A stretch of DNA of 64,000 nt, from NCBI GenBank assembly GCA_030390025.1, contig CM059432.1, positions 41,542,001 to 41,606,000 of the forward strand, given 5' to 3'. Shown here piece by piece: positions 12,190-24,420 of the stretch. Position 1 is the first letter of the stretch, and every line of letters starts with the position of its first letter. This stretch comes from Squalus acanthias. Taxonomy: Eukaryota. The notes beneath the pieces were generated by a model. It saw only the letters and a program-made list of their open reading frames with translations. It was not told where the DNA came from and did not search any database. A program made the position numbers and the translations under genes.

Positions 12190-12430
12190 AAGGAGCAGAA
12201 CTTGTATTTATATAGCACCTCAGGACGTCCCAAAGTCAATAAATTACTTTTTAAGAGTTGTCACTATTGCTTTATAGGCAAATGCAACATCCAATTCACA
12301 TACAGAAAGATGCCACAAATAGCAATGAGATAAATGAAAAAATAATCTGTTTTTGTTGCTGTTGGTTGGAGTTAAATGTTGGTCTGGATATCAGAAAAAC
12401 TCACTGCTCTTCTTTGAATAATGCCATGAG
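12190..12430 (-). mobile_element. Old SacSINE1-like SINE fragment
   Basis: cttgtatttatatagcacc..caggacgtcccaaag..ctgctcttctttgaataatgccatg resembles other copies. Confidence 0.7.
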
Positions 12431-13509
12431 AGCTTTTCCGGACCTTCTGCCACAGTCCTGCTGGATTTACGGCAGGAGTGCGCCAGGCAGGCTGCGGAAG
12501 TTCAGCTTCCTAGGAGTGTAACTGCAAAGGAACAAGACGGTTCTTTAATATAATGGGTACGCTATTTTAGTGTCTGGTATTACATTGCTACTTGCAGGAG
12601 AAACATCGCCTGTGGAGATTTTGCAGTTAACAGCTATTCCAATAGAACTATCTACAAACATGATAATGCAGCAGAGCATGTTCCTTCTGACAATTTCTGA
12701 TGGAAATTTCTTACAACAGAAACTTCTTGGTCCCTGTTGTATCATCATCTTGGAGGAAAGCCTAATGATGAACAAACTAGCCTGCTGAATCCCAAGATAT
12801 AGTTTCAAGCAACAATAAGAGTTACACAATTTTCCATTGCCCAAAGGTTCTTCGGCCTATTTCGAAATCTTTTTAATTGCAGCTTTATAATTGCTTCCTC
12901 CAAATATGTGTTCGTAGTGAATGTTATCTAATCGATTTATTAAATGTCCTGCTTCTAAATCATCCTCAGTATAGAGAGAGAGAGAGCCATGGTTGATTCA
13001 CATGAATTAATTTATATAATTTGCCTGAAATGAACAAGACTGCCATTAGAAAGGAAACACTTTGTATTCAGTTTAAATGTGGCTTTCCTGTACATTTTAC
13101 AGCAGCTTCTGAATGGAGCAATAGCAGTAAAGGACGTGGCTTTGGGTCCAATGTAATTTATACCCGGCACGCAATTACTTTCTCAGACCCAGACTAAACT
13201 ATATCTTGTTATCAACAAGAGGGGTGATTTCTCTCTGATTTGTACTTGGGGAAACCCTATTCCCCAGATACAAGGCACAGGAAATGAGATATAGACCCAT
13301 GACATTGGATCTTCGCCCCTTTAACATTGCTTTCGGATGCACAATAGGCATAAGCCAAGGGCAGTAATTCAAATGAGGCAGGAGGGAGTGTTCCCGACCC
13401 TTCCGCCTCATTTTATTCCAGCATCACTTGCTGGGTATCCTTAAGCCTTATGCCATCCCTTCTCTAACTGGAGCATTGGAGAGTGCCAGGCAGTAATCAA
13501 ATAGGATTC

Positions 13510-13685
13510 AAAAGATAAAAACAGAAAATGCTGGAAATATTCAGCAGAACATCTGATGAAAGGTCATCGACCTGAAACGTTAACTTTGTTTCTCACTCCA
13601 CAGATGCTGCCTGACCTGCTGAGTATTTCCAGCATTAATCTGTTTTTATTTCAGATTTCCAACATCCGCAGTATTTTGCTTTTGT
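13510..13685 (+). mobile_element. Penelope-like family B fragment with short inverted arm and hammerhead core
   Basis: CTGATGA (13553-13559)-a-aggtc/atc/gacct-GAAA-cgtta; aaatgctggaaatattcagcag is inverted relative to ctgctgagtatttccagcatt. Confidence 0.75.
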
Positions 13686-14677
13686 AATTTCAAGAGACCC
13701 TTCTTTGCCTTTACTGGGACATGAGGCCCAGTACCAGTGCTGTAGGCCTTCTGGCTGCTGCTTTTGGCCAGCAGGGAGAAGACCCCAACTACAGAGGCCT
13801 GCAGCAGTAGGTGACGTTCTCTCTCACTTCCAGGCGCTGGGCCCCATCACATGGCTTGCGCTGGGGAGCATCTAGGCCATACAAATTAGGCCATATAAAT
13901 TACCTGAACCTGCAAAAACAGGTGAGTTCAGGCCATTACGGGTAGAGAACACTTGCAGTGTGCTCCCCTGCCGAATGCCCAAGTGCAGCATCCACAGAAA
14001 ATTGTATCGTTCTGTTCAATCCAGTTTAGCACAGCAAACAGGACTATTTATTAGTTTTCCATCTTCCAAGGAACAGGTGTTGTCACTTGGCATTCCACTC
14101 TCATTTACATCCTCCCACTGTGTGGTTGACTGGGTTTTGTGGCAAATCCTAAAATTGATGGTAGTGGAGGGGGTGGGGGGGGGGGAATTCGACAAATGAG
14201 TCAGCAGAGACTCGGCACAGCTCAATCCTGAGCCATGTTCTGATCACTTCTGTGCTGATTTCTGGGTGGGTAGAAGGTACTGAATATCCAGGCCTGTATC
14301 TCAAAGATCGAAAGGCTGGCCAGGATTTTCCACTCAGATAGCCTGGGGCATCTTTGGTGGGGCAGGACTTCTGACTGCTGCAAGGTTCACCTGACCCAGG
14401 CTAACTTTTGCAACATCAGTGTCATTCAGATTTTTCAGGTGGGATCACTGGCAGAGATCAGAGAGTCTGTGTTGTGAGATTAAGTGAAAAAAAAATTGAA
14501 AATTTCAAAAATATGCCAATGCAACTGAGCCTCTTTTTGCTCATTTAAAAAGCCCCACTCACCATCGCCACCAGCAATGCTGCACATTGGCGAGAAACAG
14601 ACATCCCATGCACCAGTGTTGCTATAGTGCAAATAGCGAAAATACATTGCATAATGGATTTCCCACATTTGCATAAT

Positions 14678-15140
14678 TTTAAAAATTCATTCACGGGATG
14701 TGGGCATCGCCGGCAAGGCCAGCATTTATTGCCCATCCCTAATTGCCCTTGAGAAGGTGAGTCGCCTTCTTGAACTGCTGCAGTCCGTGTGGTGAAGGTA
14801 CTCCCACAGTGCTGATAGGGAGGGAGTTCCAGGATTTTGACCCATCGACGATGAAAGAACGGCGATATATTTCCAAGTCAGGATGGTGTGCGACTTGGAG
14901 GGGAACTTGGAGGTGGTGGTGTTCCCATGTGCCTGCTGTCCTTCTCCTTCTAGGTGGTAGAGGTCGTGGGTTTGGGAGGTGCTGTTGAAGAAGCCTTGGT
15001 GAGTTGCTGCAGTGCATCTTGTAGATGGTACACCGGTCATGGAGGGAGTGAATGTTTAAGGTGGTGGATGGGGTGCCAATCAAGTGGGCTGCTTTGTCCT
15101 AGATGTTGTCAAGCTTCTTAAGCATTGTTGGATCTGCACT
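14678..15140 (-). mobile_element. LINE family B 3' fragment
   Basis: ORF piece LIGTPSTTLNIHSLH..YKMHCSNSPRLLQQHLP; shared 3' UTR. Confidence 0.88.
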
Positions 15141-17451
15141 CTTGCAATACATCTGCCTCTGTCACTTAAGGCAGGAAACCCAGAAGTGACGGAGACAAGC
15201 GATTCCCAAAGAAGTTTCCATCTCCATTCCCCCAAATTACTCCAGTGATCCAGTGAACTCAAGCGGGAAATCTAAGCTGCCATCTGTTTAGTGCAGATTT
15301 CCCGGCTGACTGACTGGGGGCCATCAGAGCACAATTTCCTGACACGGCCATTCCAGCAACTATGTGCAGAGCTGGAAACTCCCTAATGAGATGGAATTAG
15401 AATTTAAAGCGCATAGACTTGGACAGGGCTATTGATTTAGAGGGAAAACCAATCTGAATTATAACTTTGAATTGGAGAGAACATTTTTGTTTGTTTGTGC
15501 GAGTCATGCAGATGGTAGATCATAAACTGTGCAGTACAAACGCACTCTGTACTTGTTAAATAATTTGCAAAACATTGCAAACAATAGCAAACCATTAAAC
15601 ACTGAATGTATGAACACTACATAATACTTAGCTTCTAAGTTGCTGTGGAAAGTTGCAATACCTTTTTTGCAAATCTGAATGACAACAATGGTCTTTAAGT
15701 CTGGACATTAACTAATGGTTGCATGGTTTCAATCCTCTTGTCTTTGCTTAGATTTATGGTCACAGCTAATAACTGAAAACTAGAGTTCTGATGAAAAGGA
15801 CAAAAAAGAGGCTTTGAACATGGTTTCTGTTTCAAATTCCTAGCAATTATGCAGAATTTCTGTACCATAACACAATGCAAACTTCTTATCTCATGAAATA
15901 TGGCATTAAATGTCTGCTTTAATGGCAGCAGCAGCTTATGTTAAGTAGTTTTCAAAATTTACAAGCAGTAGAAATACAATAAAGTACAGGTATACTATTC
16001 ACATTATGCAGAATTTAGACCACCCATCTATATATGCTGCACATTTTTGTGGGTTTGCATTAACATGAAACACTAATAAACTGGGCTATTAAACGCATTC
16101 CCAGCTTTATGATTTTTATGGTATGTGTATACAACTGAATGGTAAATAGGTTTTGCGTTTAAGAGAGGGGAAAAACTGTAGTGTATAAACAGCATCAGCT
16201 ACGTTGATGTAATACACCCCTTTTGGGATTGTGTGTAGAAACTTTCAGATTGAGCAAAGTCATAAAGTAACTCTCCCTTATAATCTCTGACATTGTAAAT
16301 AATATGTTAATGAAGATTTATTGTCCACTCACACTGCTTTGCAAATAAATGACATAATGTGCTGAAAGGAGAGTATATTTTTTTAATAACATGTCACCTA
16401 TCGAGCAGATAAAACGATACTGGGACAACAATTCTTAGCTACAGAAGTGGCTGCAGCTATAACAAATATTTGTTTTCTTTTTAAAAATGGCGGATAAAAT
16501 GACAGTGTGCATTGGCTTGCTGAAAAATACAGCACGGATTGCAGACTGTCCACTTGAGTTGGTGGATTAGGCAATGCTAAAGCTGTGAGGGCGATTATTT
16601 TCCACGATGAGAATGATCACAAATCATTTATCTGCTTTGTACCATTTTTTGTGTTGGAGTCCATAAATAGTTCTGGCTGTGGATCATAGATTAAGTAAAT
16701 CACTGAACTGTTAGAACCACCATATGTATGGCACAAAGCTGAGGTGATTTATATGCAGTTAGTGTGAAGTAAGTATTGTATTTGTTGGAAGAATAGTTGT
16801 AACATGTGAAATACTTTGAAAGTGTTTACAGTTCTCCTATATCAGGATCAGAACTTTTGTGTACCAGAACACATCTTTTTCTGCATTTCCTGGTTCTTTC
16901 CTCTATGTATTTTCCTGCATCCACACAAGTATGAAAATACCAAGAAAAAGTAATGAAATAATAAAACCATATCCATACTTTTTGGTGCACCCTCACTGAT
17001 GTGTATGTAAGAGATAGGTTGACGTAAGATTACCAAATGATACTTGTAACTTACTGTTTTCTTCCCCTTTATTTCTCTACTCAGTCTCCTGTTTCTCATT
17101 GGTATGGTTTTCTTTGACCTCTCTGTTATTTTTGTGCTTCTTAGCTTTCTTTTATTTGCATTTTATGATTCTACAATCTTTAGTAATTTGCTGATTGAGT
17201 GGTTTCTTGAAATTTCTTCCAAATTCAATGTTTAAAAAAATCCCCTTGCTATATTTTGAGAACTGCAATTCTCAAACAGTTAAAACATAAATGCGATGGG
17301 GGAATGGTCCCGCATCTGGCAGATGGCACTTAACGCCGAAAAATGTAGTGTTTTACACATGGGTGGGGCTATTGCCAAGTATGTGTGCACTGTGCTGGAT
17401 TCTGAATTAAAGTCTGTTGAGAGGAAAAGAGTCCCAGATGTTATAGTCTAT

Positions 17452-19702
17452 GGCCTAGAAATTGGACCACTTACCGTCACCCGTTTGCACCGCTGTCCTG
17501 CCGAAAAATGACGGCCGCCACTCTAGCGCCCTTCTCTGGCGGGGTACTCGACAGCCACCATTTTGGTGAGGGCTGGCCCTGGACAAATAAATGAAGAGAG
17601 GGTGACGTCAGTCAGCATCCAACGCCGACTTAGCGTCACCTCAGCGAACTTTGTCCTTCGCATTGAGTTCAGCGCTGGGTCCTAAGATCGCTCTGAAACC
17701 AGAGCGTTCAGCAGACTGACAGAGACATTGTCAGCATCTCTTAAATGGACACGCACATCTTTCAGGTAAGTTTGCATTTAAGCTTTTGGACTGAATTTTT
17801 AAAATTTTAATGAAGTAGTGGCTTTTTGCAATACACATTTAAAGTTTTTTAAAGGTGCAGGGAGTGCTGGGATTGCTGAATGCTTGCAAGGCCTCGGATG
17901 GTAAAGGAAGGCCTCTGAGAAGACAGACAATGCTGGACATACTCAGCAAGTCAGGCAGCATCCGTGGAGAGAGAAACAGAGTTCATGTCTCAGTTCGAGA
18001 TGCTGCCTGACCTGCTGAATATTTCCAGCATTTTATGCTTTTATTTCAGATTTACAGCATCCATCACAGAGGGAAGAGGAAGACGCAGAAGAGGAGGAAG
18101 CCAAAGAGGAGGAAGCAGAAGAGGAGGAAGCAGAAGGAAGGATACAACCCAGACAGCCCCTTTCTAGCTGGGATATCCGGATGGAATCATCCGCCTGCTG
18201 TCCCAGTGACCACAACCCCAATTCCCCTTTCAACATTTGTCCCACACCTTACCTTCCCTCTGTTACTGACCATCACAGTGTCCTCTTGGCCACAATGCTG
18301 AAATAAAAGCCACCTCAAAGCAAACTTTCCAAACCAGCTTTATACATCGATCCATCTAATATAACATCAAGAAGTCAACTCACCACCTTTATGCATTCCC
18401 TTAGTGACTGTCTTGTGTGTGCCTTTGCCTATCCTATTGATGTCACATAGCCAGTGGCTGCAGCATAGCTGGTGGAAGGCTGCTGACCTTCAGTGGGGGA
18501 CACTAAAAATGGCCTTGCTGGTCGACCTTGAGCAGCTGTTGGCTGGGAGTGTCAAATCAAGTGACGGTGTTTCTTCTTCTTCTTCTTCTTCACTCTCCTC
18601 TCCCTCTTCGTGGTCACCCACTGGCTGGGCAGGCTGCATTTCTTAGGTGTGTGAAATAAGGAAGGCACAAGGGTGGAGTTGTGGTGAGGGGAAGGTGGGA
18701 AAGCAAGAGGTGCCTGCCAGAAGGAGGATAACATATGAGGATACCAGCATGTTGTACCATTCTGCCCCGCCGCTGGCCAAGGGCTCAGCCATGTCCCTGC
18801 CAAGAATGGCCTGCACCGTCTCCTCCAAGTGGGTGAGGTGTATGAATGGGAGATGTGCCTCGTGTTTGGTACAGATTATTGGTAGGTGAGTGATTGGAGG
18901 GCGGGGGGGGAGGAGGGTGGGGGGGTGAGTCGTGCATTGAGCAGTATGTGAGGCTAGTGGTGCAGTTGGTAGGAGATGGCTTTTGAAGATGCATTCTCTG
19001 ACCTTGACCAGTGGTCTGAGGTCATGATGCTTCTTTGGGCACTGGAGCCAAGTGGTGGGGGTGGCAATGCTGGCAGTGACAGCCTCGGTGATGTGGTCCC
19101 ACATCCTTCTTTCTGGAGGGCCTCCTGGCCCCTGTAGGTTGAGGACCTCTCTTGCAGTGTTGGCCCCCTGCACACTTCACAAAGCTGGAGTGCTGCGTGC
19201 GAGACCCTGGGTGCCCCTTCCCTGGCTTGCTGAGCCATTTGTGTTAGTGCTGAAGCACTTTTCCCATTTTTTTTTAGGTGCGGAAGGGAATTTAGCTTTT
19301 AAGAGCTGAAGATTCGTATTGGAGAACTCTTTTTAATGTTAATTTTTTTTATTCAGAAGGCAGTTGAGCTGTAAGGGCTAAAAACTGCCTATTTTTACAT
19401 TAACTTTATTCTTTCTCATTTCATTTCCCCTTTAAGAGACCAAAAATGCTTTCTGAAATGACAGCCTCGCTTTCAGAGCAGGCTGTTCTAGCTGCAATGA
19501 TGCTTCAGCCACGCTACATTGGGGCCTCCTGCTGGGACGAACCACCAGGACGGCGTTGCACGTTGACTTTAGTGCTGGGCAAATGTTAATTAGTCCCCAG
19601 CACCAATTTTTCGGTCCTGCCAGGGCCACCATTTTCAGCGACCGTTAACACCCGCTGGCGGTGGCACCAGCAGCTTTTGTGGCGTTCACGAATTTCTAGG
19701 CC
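17452..19702 (+). mobile_element. Non-autonomous Harbinger derivative (transposase deleted, Myb exon 1 remnant kept)
   Basis: TIR ggcctagaaatt / aatttctaggcc; TAT duplication (17449-17451 / 19703-19705); minus-strand MAQQAREGAPRVS..TWLQCPKKHHDL. Confidence 0.9.
17921..18063. mobile_element. Penelope-like family B hairpin carried inside the Harbinger derivative
   Basis: atgctggacatactcagcaagtcaggcagcatc ... gatgctgcctgacctgctgaatatttccagcat; related to 13510-13685. Confidence 0.75.
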
Positions 19703-19804
19703 TATGAGCCTCTGAAAGTTCACAACCAGTGTCAAGAGGCTATGATGAAGGCAACTAACTATTGAAAAGTATAGCTAGGACAATACAATATAAAACAAAG
19801 AGCA

Positions 19805-20975
19805 TCATAGAAACATAGAAGATAGGAGCAGGAGTAGGCCATTCGGCCCCTCGAGCCTGCTCCGCCATTCGATGAGATCATGGCTGATCATCCAAACTCA
19901 GTACCCTGTACCTGCCTTCTCCCCATTAATTCCTACTCTTTGCTTTCTGTCCACCAACCAGTTCTCTATCCAAGTCAATACCTTGCCCCCAATCCCATGT
20001 GCCTTAACTTTACACGCTAATCTCTTATGCGGGACCTTATCGAAAGCCTTTTGAAAGTCCAAATACACCACATCTACTGGTTCTCCCTTATCTATTTTCC
20101 CAGTTACATCCTCAAAAAATTCCAGTAGATTAGTCAAGCACGATTTACCTTTTGTAAATCCATGTTGACTTTGTCCGATCCTGTCACTATTTTTCAAGTG
20201 CTCAGCTATTACATCCTTTATAATGGACTCTAGCATTTTCCCCACTACCGATGTCAGGCTTACTGGTCTGTAATTCCCTGCTTTCTCTCTACCACCCTTT
20301 TTGAATAGTGGGGTAACATTAGCTACCCTCCAATCCATGGGTACAGTTCCAGATTCCATCGAATGTTGGAAGATGATCAGCAATGCATCTACTATTTCTA
20401 GGGCCACTTCCTTAAGTACCCTAGGATGTAGATTATCAGGCCCTGGGGATTTATCGGCCTTCAATACCGTCAATTTCCCTAACACCATTTCCCTGCAAAT
20501 ACTGATTTCTTTCAGTTCCTCCCTTTCATCAGACCGTATGTTCTCCCACATCTCTGGGAGGTTATTTGTGTCCTCCTTTGTGAAGACAGAACCAAAATAT
20601 GCATTTAATTGGTCTGCCATTTCTTTGTTCCCCATTATAACTTCCCCCGCTTCTGACTGCAAGGGACCTACACTTGATTTCACTAATCTTTTTCTCTTCA
20701 CATATCTATAAAAACTCTTACAGTCAGTTTTTATGTTCCCTGCAAGCTTACTTTCATATTCTATTTTCCCCTTCTTAATTAATCCCTTTGTCCTCCTTTG
20801 TTGAATCCTAAACTGCTCCCAATCCTCAGGGTTACCGCTTTTTCTGGCCAATTTATAGGCCCTCTCCTTGGATCTTATGCTATCCCTAATTTCCCTTGTT
20901 AGCCACGGTTGAGTCACCCTTTTTGTTTTATTCTTATGCCAAACTGGGATGAACAAATTCTGTAGTTCAATTAAA
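19805..20975 (-). mobile_element. CR1 LINE with internal in-frame deletion (352-aa ORF 19898-20956)
   Basis: RT N-terminal half fused directly to the C-terminus (RVGING-EKAGTGY); (CATAGAAA)n tail at ~19805. Confidence 0.93.
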
Positions 20976-20979
20976 AATT

Positions 20980-21950
20980 AAAATCAAGTAAAAAAATACA
21001 TTTTTCAGCCCTTACTGCCTTTCAAAATAAACATTAACATTAAAAAGAAGTCCCAAATAAGAGTCTTCAACACTTAAACCTGAATTCCCTTCTGAACCTC
21101 AAAAAATGGGAAAAGTGCTTCAGCACTAACACAAATGGTCAGCAAGCCAGGGAAGGGGCACCCAGGTTCTCGTACGCAGCACTCCAGCTTTGTGCAGGGG
21201 GTCAACACTGCAAGAGAGGTCCTCTACCCACAGGGACCAGGAGGCCCTCCAGAAAGAAGGATGTGGGACCACATCACTGAGGACATCACTGCCAGCAGTA
21301 TCGCCCCCACCACCTGGCTCGAGTGCCCAAAGAAGCTTCATGACCTCAGCCCACCGGTCAAGGTCAGTGAATGCATCTTCAAAAGCCGTCCTCTACCAAC
21401 TGCATCACTAGCCTCACACACTGCTCAATGCAAGACTACCTCCCCCTGCACCCCCACTCCCCGCAATCACTCACCTACCAACAATCTGTACCAATCACGA
21501 GGCACATCTCCCATTCCTAGCCTCACCTCGCTCCTTTGGAGGAGACCGTGCAGGCCATTCTTGGCAGGGGCATGGCTGAGCCCTTGGCCAGCAGCGGGGC
21601 TGAAAGGATACAAGATGCTGGTATCCTCATATTTTATGTGGTCACTGGGACCGCAGGCGGATGATTCCATCCCGGATATCCCGGCCACAACCTACCTTCT
21701 GCTTCCTCCTCATCTGCTTCCTCCTCTTCCCTCTGTGAGTGGATGCTATAAATCTGAAATGACAGCAAAAATACCTGGAAATGCTCAGCTAGTCAGGCAG
21801 CCTCTTGACCTGAGATGTGAACTCTGTTTCTCTCTCCACGGATGTTGCCTGACCTGTTGAGTAGTTGCAGCATTTTCTGTCTTCTCAGAGGCTTTCCTTT
21901 ACCATCCGAGGCTTTGCAAGCATCCAGTAGCACTCCCTACACACTTAAAA
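20980..21950 (-). mobile_element. Second, inverted copy of the non-autonomous Harbinger family (termini lost)
   Basis: Reverse complement of ~17850-19400, including Myb exon 1 remnant (21135 onward) and the same Penelope-B piece (~21740-21885). Confidence 0.85.
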
Positions 21951-23571
21951 TAGGTGGCGGGTCGGGTGGGATAGTGTTTTTTTTTTACCGCGGGTCGGGA
22001 ACCCGCTGTCAACCCGCTGCCACACGCCTTTCCGAATATCGGGTCTGTCATCGCTTTTTTAACTTATCTTTTCACTTTAAATTCAGGGCCACAGGAACCA
22101 CGCTGATCAGGGCTCACGGCTGTCAATCTGAGGCGGGAGTTCAGTGGCCATTGCTCCAGCTGATTAGTTGACAGCTTCAAATGTACAGTAGAAGCTCCGA
22201 CCTGACAGATCATCACTTTCCTCAGCCACAAGCTGTTTCTCAGTCCATTTCCAGCACAGATTCTGCAGGCTTTCCACTTTCCACTCTCCATCCAGTATCA
22301 CCTCATTGGAAGAACTCTCTCACCATTGACAGAATGCTTCTGTCATCTGTACTTCACCTGCCATCTATTCCATCAACATGGGTGCCCTTTATACTGTCTC
22401 ACCTTGGTCCTCAGAATCCGACCGCAATCAGCCCCAACACCAGCAGCACCGGGCACGCCAGCACCAACAACAACACCAACCTTCTCCGCAATCACCTGAT
22501 GCTGCACAGGAAACAGGGCATCAGCACCCGAGCACATTGCTGCCCGGGAAGCCAGGGATGGCCTCACTATGGCCAGATTTATTTCACTTGACGCTGTACA
22601 CCCTGGCTGCCACATGATGCGCCAGGTTGGCACCACCCCACACCAACACCATAAAGCATCCCTACAATGTCCAAGCCATTCCTTTCACACTCACCACCAT
22701 TGCGGGGGATACCGTTATGTCTCACCATTCACTGCAACTCACTAAGCCATTTCCAAAGGTGCACACAAATCTGTCCAAGAACACAAAGTATTGAAACTAA
22801 AGGCTTCAATAACCAAAACTTTACATGAACGTTGAATAAAACAGCCAAGTGGCTATCCTTATGTGTTGTTAGTTGGTAGGATTGCACTAGGATGAGGGTG
22901 AGTGTGAAGGGTGGCTAGTGAGATGGGGATGTGATAATGTAGATAGAGAGAGAGGGATGGGTGGAGGTGCAAGGTAAGTTGGTGTGAGTAAGGATGTGCA
23001 GGGGTAGGGTAGGGAAGGCAGAGTGATAGGGATGTGATGAGAGGCACAGCAGGATGAATATGAGTGTGGCTTTGTACTAATGTTTCATGATCTACTGAGA
23101 TCATTGAAACGTTTGCGGCACTGCACCCAGGTCCTCCTGACAACATCCCTGCTTGTGACCTTCTCTGCAATGTGCAACCAGGCTGTGTTGGTGTCTTGGG
23201 GAGGTCTCTTTTGCCCATGGGGAGGGAACAGGACCTCCCTACGTGCTGTGCCTCCCTCCATAAGCATATGGGAGAACCTGGGTGCAGTCATTGTCAGTGT
23301 TTGCAGCACTTCAATGCTGCAGAACACGGACATCACAAATGTCAAAATAAAGTTGGCCATGGTCCCTTTAAGGAAACCGGCTGATGACGCGTCATGAATG
23401 ACGTCACCAGACCCGTTTCCTCTAATTGGACTGGGAAATGCGCTGGGCGGGCTTAACAAGCCCCATCAAGGGAAAATCATTTTAGACAGTGGGATGGAGC
23501 CAGCAGCGGGGTCGGGACCCACCACCGACGTCGCTCGCCCCGGACCAGCCGAGGTGAGCAAAATCCCGGCC
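21951..23571 (+). mobile_element. Different Harbinger-family derivative with Myb/SANT exon remnant
   Basis: Minus-strand APRFS..RREVLFPP..AWLHIAEKVTS..RTWVQCRKRFNDL (~23085-23290); candidate terminus aaaatcccggcc at 23560-23571. Confidence 0.75.
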
Positions 23572-23605
23572 TCTGTGGGAATAGATGAGGCCCAAGCACT
23601 GATCG

Positions 23606-24318
23606 TTAGGGTACCCCACTAGTTACCGACTGCCAACCTGAAAATGACCCATTTATCCCTACTCTCTGGTTTCTGTCCGTTAACCAATCCTCTATCCATG
23701 CTAATATATTACCTCCAACCCCATGAGCCCTTATCTTGTGTAACAACCTTTTATGTGGCACCTTATCGAATGCCTTTTGGAAATCCAAATATATTACATG
23801 CATGGGTTCCCCTTTATCTACGCTGCTAGTTACATCCTCAAAATATTCTAACAAATTTGTGAAAAACTATTTTCCTTTCATAAAACCATGTTGACTCTGC
23901 CTAATCATATTATGATTTTCTAAGTGCCCTGTTACCACTTAATAATGGATTCCAGCTTTTTCCCGATTACTGATGTCAGGCTAACTGACCTGTAGTTCCC
24001 TGTTTTCTCTCTTCCCCCTTTCTTGAATAATGCGGTTACATTTGCTACCTTCCAATCCACTGGAACCATTCTAGAATCTAGCGAATTTTGGAAGATCACA
24101 AGCAATGCATCCACTATCTCTGCAGCCACCTCTTTTAGAACCCTAGGATGTTGGTGATCAGGTCTGGGGGATTAGTCGGCTTTTTGTCCCATTAGTTTCT
24201 CAAGTACTTTTTCTCTACTGATCTTAATTACTTTAGGTTTCTCACTCTCCTTAGCACCTTGGTTCCACGTTATTTTTGGTATGCTTTTTGTGTCTTCTAC
24301 TGTGAAGATAGATACAAA
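23606..24318 (-). mobile_element. CR1 RT fragment
   Basis: YLDFQKAFDKVPH, NVTALFKKGGREK. Confidence 0.9.
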
Positions 24319-24420
24319 GGGGGAAAAATTGGGTTGGTTTGCACCTCTCATTAGTGCCCATGGGGGGCTCTAACGTGACACAAATTCCCTGGTCCCCGGG
24401 CGCGGCGCCGCTAATGCCTC
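24319..24420 (+). mobile_element. Truncated Harbinger left terminus
   Basis: gggggaaaaattgggttggtttgcacctctcattagtgcc resembles the 41413 terminus ggggtaaaaattcacttggttgcgcctcccgttagcgcc. Confidence 0.75.

Larger units (their letters stand above)
17290..19800 (+). mobile_element. Very old CR1 fragment (17290-17451 and 19703-19800) split by a Harbinger derivative
   Basis: EWSRIWQMALNAEKCSVLHMG resembles CR1 W..KWQMxFNxxKCxVLH; continues after the insertion (ctgaaagttcacaaccagtgt). Confidence 0.6.

Noticed and set aside
12545..12844. 99-aa ORF in unique sequence
   Set aside because: Non-ATG start, no recognisable domain, no convincing splice context
13205..15390. Several GC-richer patches as MITEs (also ~51420-51840, 52340-52700, 53650-54350)
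   Set aside because: Probably decayed repeats, but no clear TIR/TSD pairs could be established by eye
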